Shown here: piece after piece, positions 52,710 through 64,000 of the stretch
How the letters are laid out: each line of letters opens with the position of its first letter
Position numbering within the stretch: position 1 is the stretch's first letter
Origin: Paraspadella gotoi
Taxonomy: Eukaryota > Animalia > Chaetognatha
NCBI GenBank assembly: GCA_051294375.1
Contig: CM119263.1
Location: 23,101,330-23,165,329 of the forward strand
Length of the DNA stretch: 64,000 nt
Direction of reading: 5' to 3'
Notes under the pieces: model-generated
Seen by the model: the letters and a program-made list of their open reading frames with translations, nothing else
Databases searched by the model: none
What the model was told of the DNA's origin: nothing
Made by a program: the position numbers and the translations under genes

Positions 52710-55085
52710 AATGTCGGATCTGCCCACGATCATTAGCGGTAATTGATTAATTTTTAATTTATTAATTGATTAATTAGTTTTTTCATTTAAACTCATTTCC
52801 ATTCAAACGATTCCATCGACAACTTTGTATTTCCAGCTTATTCACACTATTTTCCTACTTCACATAAAAAAAAGTCAACTTGCCCAATAGAGCTCCCCAG
52901 AAACCAACATGCATTTTTGAAAGTTCACCTGATACCTGCAAAGTTTTCTTGTGCCAAATTTAGTAGGAGAATAACGAAATATCACAATATAAACAAATTT
53001 CCCCGAATGCTCTTGATGGATTTTCCACGCCCAGTTTTCTGCCGTCGTCGACTAGCTTCAGTTTAAAAATTCACAAAGTTTTTTGGAAAAAAAACTGAGC
53101 CGTGCATATTCAGCCAGCCATCACTTAACATTAATCAAAATAAACATTTAATAAATCACCTTAATACTCAAATTTATTGTTGTGGTTTATAAAAATAGCG
53201 CTTAAAAAATTATTATTACCAAAAGACTTTAAAATTAGAAAATTTATTAGTTTTTTTAAGCCAAATCGTCCCTGACCCACAATTTCTAATTAAGATTTTT
53301 TATAAGAAAGTATGATTTGGTTAATACAAATAGAATTCTCTAAGGGATTTTTAAATATTAATATCCTTAAGCAACGATATTTGCCTTTAAAGGTTTGCCA
53401 AATGAGTGCAAAGGAAAGTAGCCTAATCTAGATAAAAGGCGCTTTGGCCTTTGTGGGCTAGCAGCCTCCACTCACCCTTAACCCTTAACCGCTCTCCTCT
53501 CCCAACCTAAACCTTAGCCGCAGGCCTTATTACTTCATTTGCCAAGCCTCAACCTGAACTTAATGTCCCAGTACAAGCTATAAAAGCTAACAAGCAAAAT
53601 TATCATTTGGCCAGCGTTGCTATGATTAAGTGAAATTTGGATCCGTGCTCAGAAAAAGGATAAGAGCTTGGGTTAAGCGTCTAGGGCAAGCTACTGGGAA
53701 GAAATTAAAGATTAAAAATTTAGCCTTATTGAGGCTCCAGAGGTGAACCTCAAGCTGAGGTAAGGGTTTGGTGGATAGTCTTTTTTAAGTGATGCAGGTT
53801 ACCGGTTCTCTGGCTATGATATAAACAGGAGCGCCATGTAGGTTAGGGTTAGGGCTAAAGGACGTGGCTCTCTGCAGATGTTAACCAGCCAGCGAAACTG
53901 CGTTAAGAGGTTGGATTCAAGGGACTGGTTTTGGGTTAAGGTTCAGCAGTAAAGTACACTAGCTTGGGTTAATGGTTAGGGGGAAATGGTTTCTCGGTTA
54001 GATTCAGACTTGGGGTAAGAACAAGAAGTTCACGTTTTAAGGTATAGGGCTAGGGATTAGGTTAAGATATCCCAAGGCTAGGGAAAACTGTATTAAAGAT
54101 TAAAAGGTTGTTTAGGGCCGGTTAGGGTTAACTGGGTTGAGTGAGAGGCCTTAGCAAGCTGGCAAAGACCAAGTCGCCACTTCATTCCTTATTCGCTACT
54201 TTAATTTTTGCATCACTTGTCGTAAAACTTTTTAAAGGTTCAATATCTTGGTTAAAGATTAAAGATTTAAAAATCCCTTTTGACCAGTTCTATTTGTTTA
54301 ACCAGATAGTAAAATTTATATTAAAATTAGTGGAGTAGTTTGATTAAGAGGCTAATTGGCTTAAAAAATATGAATTTTAACTTGGAAGCCTTTTGTATCT
54401 TATATTTTTATAACCTAATTTAATAAACCCAAAACGCAACAAAAATGTAATATTAAAGCGTTATGTAAACTTTATTTTGATTAATTTAAGTATGCTTGGC
54501 TGAATAACAGCCTCATTTTCTTTTCCAAAATCCTGAATTTTTAAAACCGGAAGTGGGTTCGACGCAAAAACTAGCAATGCGAAAATCCATAGATCGAGCA
54601 TCCAGAAAATTTTCTTTATTGTCGATTTTCGTTTTTCTCCACACTAAATTTGACAGAAGGAAACTTTGCACGGTATGCAAGGAACTTCTCAATAAAATTC
54701 TTGTTATGATATTTGGAGAAGGTCTATGCCCAAGTCCAACTCATGAGTAATTGTCCGTTCAATCAGTCAAATAAATTTTTGGTTTTTTCCATTTAAACTC
54801 ATTTCTACTCGCACGATTCAATCGAAACTTCATATTCAGCTCAATGATACACTTCCCTTCTCACACACAAAATTTCATTCCAATCCATCCTTCCAATCAC
54901 GAGTAATTGAAGTTTTTTGCTAAGGGGGAATGGACGGACAGACTGACGGACGGACGGACATCATTTTTTTGCATATTCATCATAATTCGATGTTTTGACT
55001 TGATATAAATAAATGCGCGACAAGATTCAGGGGGCGTACCGACGAACCGACAAAGTGGATTATAGAGTCGGGATACGCTGTAACT
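52710..55085. mobile_element. Possible non-autonomous Helentron/DINE-1-like relic with diverged internal direct repeats
   Basis: Diverged direct repeat ~52715-52875 vs ~54720-54875, (GGAC/AGAC)n tetramer at 54931-54960, recurring aaattt cores. Confidence 0.35.
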
Positions 55086-55516
55086 TACAGCAGGAATCTC
55101 TCTGCTTACATTGTAAGCAGAGAAATTCCCGTTTTTCATTCTTCAAAAAATTATCGAAAAATTTCTAGAATTTCATAATATTTTATTTAATTTTACTTTT
55201 ACTTTACCTTTTTTTTTGCCTTTTATCTCTTTTATCTTCCCGATACATAATGGCATCAGAATTTCGGTCGGTTTCGAATTTAACAAAAAAAATCCAATAA
55301 AAAAAATATTTCACGATGATGTTTAAAATATCCGAATGGCAGCGACGTTTTTTTCACTGACGGATAAAAATTTCCTCATTAAATCTCGGTTTTCTAAAAA
55401 AGGCTTAGCCAATTTTTTTACGTCTCTTAATCCAAAAATCTCGCTCTCGAACCGTCTCTCTCTCTGTCTGCCACGAGACGCCGATGCCGCGACGAGAGCG
55501 AGGATCGAATTGATGG

Positions 55517-57117
<1,601 letters not shown>

Positions 57118-57401
57118 AATTTAAATATTTATTTTTTTTTCATGATTTTCTTCCAGTAAAACGCGAGAAAGTAATGTTTACCAAAAATTATTTTGTCCGT
57201 GATTTTCGTTCGATCCTTTTAAACTTATGTTGTTATTACTATTTTTACGGTTATTTTGATTTTTAACTTACTGTATATTAACGGCAACTGTACGGGCAGG
57301 TTGTGGAAAAACTGTGAGGACTGAGGTATGGATTTTAGAACGAAAGGGGATTGATTTGCTCAAACTAGTTTATGATAAACTGACTTGAGTAAAAATCTTG
57401 C

Positions 57402-57523
<122 letters not shown>

Positions 57524-58297
57524 GAGAGAGAGGCAGAGGGAGACAGAAAGAGCAAGGGTGAAAATATAGGAGTAAAAAGACGTAGTGAAAGCTAAGTTGT
57601 CCTGGGCTGGCAGAAGTGCAAGACGATTGTTGATGAGGAGCAATGGGGGACGTGAAATAGTTTGGTGTTGTAGGAGTGTCGAGCGCGGGCGGAGGAGTGA
57701 AAACCCGGCGAAGCGAGAATTGGCTGAGATTTTCCTTGGCCTCCGAATTTTCCGTTTTTCTTATTCCAGTGCGAAAAAGAATCGTAAACCTCCTCGTTTA
57801 TTCCGTCAACAACGACGACAACTCGCGTAAAACACGTTTTAATTTTCTTCTTTTTTTTTCTTTTTCTTTCTTTCTTTCTCTTTCCTTATCGTGGACGCGT
57901 CCTTCCTTTGGAGCGGCGGCGGAAGCGGCGGCGGAAGCGGCGGCGGAGCGGGTTTTAACGGGGATCAGCGCCACCACCGGCTGCCTCGTGAAACTTCCTC
58001 ACGCGTTCGCCTAAAAAAATAAAAGGCTAAACTTCATTCCCGCGCGGCTCACACCCTCTCTCTATCCCTTCGCTCCTACCTCGACGAATCTTATCCAAAT
58101 CTCTTGTTTTCTCTCTAACTCTGGCAAAAACCTTACCCTCGGCCCCCACCTCCCTCTCTGCGCCGAAACCCCTGTCGATTTTCGATCTCGCATTAGCGCT
58201 AAAAAGGAAAACTTAAGGAAATTTTAAAGCTCCCTTTAGAGACCACCGATTCATAGAGAGAGAGGAAAAATACGAGTGAGAGAGAGAGAGTGAGAGA

Positions 58298-58371
<74 letters not shown>

Positions 58372-59731
58372 GAGAGCTCTTAGAGAAGCTAATCTTTTTT
58401 AGTCTGTTCGGATTTGCCATGCTGCAAAAAAATTCAAAGACAGAGAGAGAGAGAGAAGAGAGAGAGACGGAGAGAGAGAGAGAAAGAGAGAGCAGAGGAG
58501 AGAGCCGGAGAATTTTCGGAAAACGTGTTGGCGGGTGCTCTCGTCGGCGGCGGAAGAGAGAGAGAGAGCGACGGAGAGAGAAAGAGAGAGTTCGCACCTG
58601 TCCCAGGGATTCGTGGGATTTTCTTTTCTCTGGATGAAATTCTTGAAATCTTCGCGAAAAATGCGGGAAAATTTGAAAAAGCGAAGAAAAGCGATGGAAA
58701 AAAAGATAGGAAAAAAAAGGAAATGGAATCAAAAAGAAAAAAAAAGGAGACGCGAGGCAGATATAAATTAAATCTCGAACGCAAAAAAGAAACGCGAATA
58801 TGTAACTATAATATATAATATAACGAGAAGAAGAAGAAATTTCTGTAGACGATTAATTAACTTTTTTTTCTTTTTTGTTCATTATTCCGGAAGAGGAAGA
58901 ATGCTAATCGGCGGACAAGAATCAAGATGCAACAGAATTTCGTTTTGTCGTTGTTCCATTTTTTTTTTTAATCAGCGAAAAAGACGACGCGATCCCGAGA
59001 GATTGAGAAATCCGAAAGAGGTGGAAACCAAATAAAGTTGCGCTTTCAGATGCGACCGAAGATTTTGGCGGAAAAATTGGTTAAAAAAAATTGAGGAATA
59101 ACGAGCATAGTTTAGAAAAAAAAAAACTTTGTTAAAAAAGCTTTGTTGTTGGAAAAATAATATAAAAAAATAGAAAAAGAGCAAACTTTTACAAAAAGTC
59201 TGGAAATAGTTTACATCTGTCTCTTCGTGTCTACTTTCTCCACCCCTGCACTCCACCACTCCACCGCCCCCTTGACAAACCCCCTTCGTGCCTCTCAGCT
59301 GAAGCCCTGACCCTCTCCAAGTTTTCCTGGCCTCGATCCTCCGTTTTTTGCTCTCACCCGTCGGCCTTTACTCCTTACCCTTTCCCGCTCCTCCTTACCC
59401 TTTTCCCTGACCCCTTTCCTCTGGAATGACCCTTGAACCCGCCCCGTCTCCCCGACGTCTCCTCGTGCGACCTTTTAACCCACGCCCTCTCCGAATCTTT
59501 CCTTTTCTTCTTCCTCCTATTTTTTTTTATTCTTCCTTAATTTTTTAATTCTTTCCTTTTCGCGAGATATTACGCCGCTCGATTTAGCTCCGATTCAACG
59601 TGCAAACTTCGGGCAGTTTCGACGCAGCTTACGACATATTCCCGACACTCGATCCGGTACGCGCGTTTTATTTATGGGATTTTTTCGTCCACGATTTCCC
59701 GGTCAAAATTTATGATGGTCTCTCTCTCTTT

Positions 59732-59813
<82 letters not shown>

Positions 59814-59825
59814 TTTTTCTCTCTT

Positions 59826-60470
59826 TTTTAACATAGGTATTAAGCCAGGTAAGATTAATTTTTCAAAAAGTTTTCCAAGTACAGAGAGTAAGCTGATTGG
59901 TCTATAGTTTCTGGGGTTGGTAGGATTTTTGCCAGGTTTAAGAATAACTCGTATATTTGCAATTTTCCATTTATCTGGAAAATAGCCAAGTTTCAAACAG
60001 GAAAGATAGATTGAGCATAGAATTTGTAAGATATTTAAAGAGCAATTTTTTAACATGTTGTGCGTTATGCCATTAGGGCCTGGAGAAGACATTGTTTTCA
60101 GTTCTTTAATAGTGTAACAAATGTTTTCTAAGTTAAGTTAATCTTTAACAAAAAATTGGAATATTTGGTCATTCAATGTCTGGTTGTAGGATATTCGTGT
60201 ATTCATTTATTCTATTTTCAATTCTTTGGACCCAGTCTTCATTCCCTGGAGGGACTGGTGATTTGCCCAAGATTGATTTTAAATTAGTTGCGTGTATTTC
60301 TAGATTGCCTTTGTTGTCTATAGCTTGTCTTCCATCAGGTCTTTTGAGCAAAGCTTCAGGGGTGGAACTTGGTTTATGATTTGTCATTTCGTTAATTAAT
60401 TTCCACTTCTTGGCTGAATCCCATTTTCAACTTCATTCCAATTTTCTTCCAATATTCTATTTAATCTATA
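59826..60470 (-). mobile_element. Non-LTR retrotransposon (LINE, Jockey/I-like) ORF2 fragment: EN-RT linker and start of RT, disrupted
   Basis: SSPGPNGITHNMLK...LKLGYFPDKWKIANIRVILKPGKNPTNPRNYRPISLLSVLGKLFEKLI is the classic pre-RT block. Upstream KKWKLINEMTNHK linker is in another frame; truncated at a (CT)n tract before YADD. Confidence 0.9.
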
Positions 60471-63400
60471 TTTTAGTTTTCCCCGTCTTCCTTCTCTTTT
60501 CTATTTTCTCCCTTCTTTCTTCCCTTAATCCCATCCTCATTTTCTCCTTTTCTTAATTTTTCTTTTCTCCTTTCCCGTTTCTCCTTCCTCTTTTTCCCGC
60601 GGCGAGGATGAATAATGTTTAACACAAAAAGAAAAGAAGAGACCCGCGGGAGTTTTTTCGGGACTTTTTTTCTTTTTTCTTTCTCCCTCTTTTTTTCTTT
60701 CTTTTCTCGGTCGAGTCCGAGGATCCGAAGTCCGAAGAAGGAAAGAGGAAAACGATTAAAAGGAGTAATTAAAACGTTCGCGACTGACTTAGTCAACTTA
60801 GTGGTTGGGACGGCGATTGGCCGCTCGTGGCGTTAGAACCAATTCGGGCTTTTTATCGGCGATGCGGGGATTGGTCGATTCAGTGTCGCCACAGTCCGAG
60901 GAAAGGACGGCGGGCAGGAGTTTAGTTTGAATTTGTATTGATTAGTAATTGTTTGTCTTTTCTCTTTCATAATTAGGCCCATCCTTGTCTGAAATAATTT
61001 AAAAAAAACATGGAACAAGAAATGTGTACATTTTTTACAGATCGAAAATTTATACAATTTACTGTACACGACAAAAATATTGACTGAATGAAAGTCAAAA
61101 AGACAACACANNNNNNNNNNNNNNNNNNNNNCAAAAAAACGATCTGGTTATTTTCCCGCGCAGAATTCCGATCCTCTCTCTTTCCCCGAGTTCTCTGTAC
61201 CACGCGCTCGCAATCTCCGGGGGGAGAAGGGGGGCTGGGAGAGAAGTTTTTAAGAGGGGCGGGAGAACTTATACACTGATAAGGTTATAGCGGGCGAGCA
61301 CAGAGGCGATAGCGAGACTAAAGAAGGAAGAAAAAAAATAAAAACGATGCGCTTCATGGTCCGATGCGCAGCGTGGGATGGTGGAGGTAGGAAAAGGAGG
61401 AAAAGAAGAGAGGACGAAGATATAGAAGAATTTCCTGGAAAAAAAGAGAGCAAGGAGGTCGAAATGATGCGCGGAGGCCAATTAGGTGGAGGTCAGACCC
61501 GTGGCCTCCTCTTGGGGGGGGGAAGGAGGGAGGAGAAAGGAGGAGGAGAGGAATGATAGGGAGGAGAAGAGGAAAAGGAAGGAAGAAAAAAGAATGTTAG
61601 GACAGGGATGGAGAAATAAAAGAAAGAAAGGAGAAAAAAGAAAAAGAAAGGAAGTATTAACAGAACGAAGGAAGGAAAGATGAAAAGATTAAAAGAAGGA
61701 AAAAGGAACTTCGACGAAAAAGAAAAGCAGAAAAATAAAGCAGAGGCAGGGAAGTTAAGGTAGAATGAAAGAATTAGATGAAGAGCTTGCGGAGGAGCAA
61801 GGAGAGAATTTAAATTTAAAACAAACTTAAAAAGTAGAAGGAAGGTTGTAAAGAGTAGTTGTTAGATGAATCTGAAAAAGTTAACAGATTTAAGAGAAAG
61901 AGAAGGTCTAAATAGAAGCAGGAGCTAAGGAGGCGTGGTCCGTAAAAAAAAAAGTGAGTCGCTCTGGAAGGGCGTTGGAGAGTCTCTCGAGGTCAAGGGT
62001 CATCCTCGAATATGATGAATGCATCGGTGCCCGAGTTTATTGCGGTCGGGCTCTCGAGCGGACGGGCGAACGGCCGCGCTACGCCGTCCCATCTCTCCTC
62101 CCCCCCACGCCCCGCAACTATTCGGATCTCCTCCGACGCCCAAGCCCTCCCTTCCTCCAGCCCCAGCTGACGCCCCCACTCTAACCCGGCAAAGGGGTTC
62201 GTCCTGGAGAAGAGGCTCTCATTTCCGTCCCCGCCCACGATCGAAACGATCTCTCTTCTCCCTCCCACCGAACTCGTTCGAGACGATCCCTCCCCCGACC
62301 CCTCCGACCTTTCCCCATTGACCCGATTTCTCCATCGAGCCCTTTCCCTGGTTGACCTCTCTCACCCAACGACCTTGACCGTTTTTGGCCAGGGATCTCG
62401 AATCTCGCTCTCAAGTCGGCGGGATCAAACCCTTAGCTTTTTTCTTCTTAGCCCCAGCCACTCCCCCCACACCCCCTCCCCCTTGGAAACTGGATTCAAA
62501 CTCGATTTCACAAATTCGCGCAATGATCTTCCTCCGATTCCGAAAGCGGAACTCGATTCGTGATGATGTGAGTCGCTCAGCCGAATCTCGTGAATTCGCA
62601 AGAAAATCACAAGAGTGAAGTTCACGGAATTTGGCTAAAAACCCAATAATAAGATGTGAGTAGTAAAAGTGGATCATAGCTAAATTTCAATTTTTTGAAC
62701 CAGGATAAATTTGTTTTGCTTTTTTTTAAGTAATATACAGTGATATGCAGGGTCCTCATATAACTTTTTCTTGTATGAGTGATTGAGGCCTTATACGATG
62801 GTTGCCTGTCCGAAAATCATAGGCAAGATAGTTTATTTATTAAATGAATGCATAATTTTTATATCGGTTGTACCGATTTAATTGAAAAACAAAATTCCCT
62901 CCATTATAATTTTGCCTTCCTGTTTTCATCTTTCCTTTATCCCACCCGCCCTTTTCACCGCCTCAAACCAATTATCCCTTCCTTGTTCGGTACACTTAAA
63001 AAACATTTTGCCTAAAGAAATATTGAGAAAAAAAAAGGAATTTAAAGAAAAAGGAGATTTTTTTTCCCCGGCGCGACTTTATTCATTAAACTGGATTTCT
63101 TTCATTTTCGACGCTAAAATCCGGAAGCTTTCAGGATTGAGGCCCTTCGGCTAAAAACTCGGCCTAAAAGGCGGAATCCAACTTCGAGGAATCTTTCTTC
63201 TCCCTCCCTCCACCCCCTCCTCGGGCCCCTTACCCGCGAGTTTCGCTTTTATAGGGGAGGTATGGAATCCCATCGCTCCTTACTTCACTTACCCAAAGAG
63301 GTGCCTCTCCTCCTTGCCAGCTTCCTCCCATCAAATTTGTTATTCTTCTTTTTTGTTCTTTTGTCTTTAAAAATTGTACCTTATTTTTGTATTATTATGA

Positions 63401-64000
63401 ATTTCGATTTTACAACGTACAGAAAGTCGTGGACCTTGAAGATTTCAAATGGTGCCTAAGGTTGTGTCTGCGGCGGCGGTCCAGTCTGCTGCTGCAGCGG
63501 ACGTGCCTGCGGTGGTGGGAGCGACCGGGGCTGCAATTGTGACGTCATCGTCCTATGCGTCGGCGACATCATGGGTGAAGTTGACAGTTTCATGCAGCAA
63601 CGAATTTACTCACAATTATAAAAAATAACAACGACGCCATTTTTGTGAAGTCACATTCACATTCACATCTTGTGAAGTCACATTGACATCTCGATTCTCA
63701 CAGATTGCGTTTCCTCTTATCTTCAAATCCTCGTCTCAACCTCAGAGAGACAAAAGGCGCTAAGAGCGAAAATCCCCAACAGAGTCTTTTTCTTCATCCG
63801 CGATCGTCGAGGTGGCGTTGAGATCGGAAAGAAAATAGTTCCCGAGTTCTTAACTCCCGAGATCAACTTTGATTCCATTCCCACCTTCGACTTATCCGAG
63901 ACCACCTCTAGTAAAAAGTTATCCACACCCTCAAACCTCACCTCCCTCTTCTAATCTAATCGATTATCGTCTCCAATTAATTCGAATCACGATTCATGAT

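Noticed and set aside
63456-63594. 45-codon Pro/Gln-rich minus-strand ORF (MKLSTSPMM...)
   Set aside because: Too short, with no recognised homology and no supporting exon structure.

Overview
Eukaryotic (most likely invertebrate metazoan) draft-assembly window: AT-rich introns, CpG/TCG-rich exons, dense (GA)n/(CT)n microsatellites and five N-gaps. Recognisable genes are a multi-exon DEPDC1-family DEP+RhoGAP gene (+, 5205-13371) with an intronic tRNA-Asp(GTC), a convergent ARMH1/C1orf228 orthologue (-, 13718-15471), and a DUSP14/18-like phosphatase present twice within a ~9.7-kb tandem duplication that is probably an uncollapsed haplotype or read. Three orphan or low-complexity genes, a LINE RT fossil, a tRNA-like element and a possible Helentron/DINE-1-like relic are also present. 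The most striking unexplained element is a ~180-bp insertion (49616-49792) carrying a minimal type-I hammerhead ribozyme motif, bounded by a 9-bp direct repeat and nested in an older repeat whose apparent empty site lies in DEPDC1 intron 4. All homology calls come from recalled family motifs; no database search was run.
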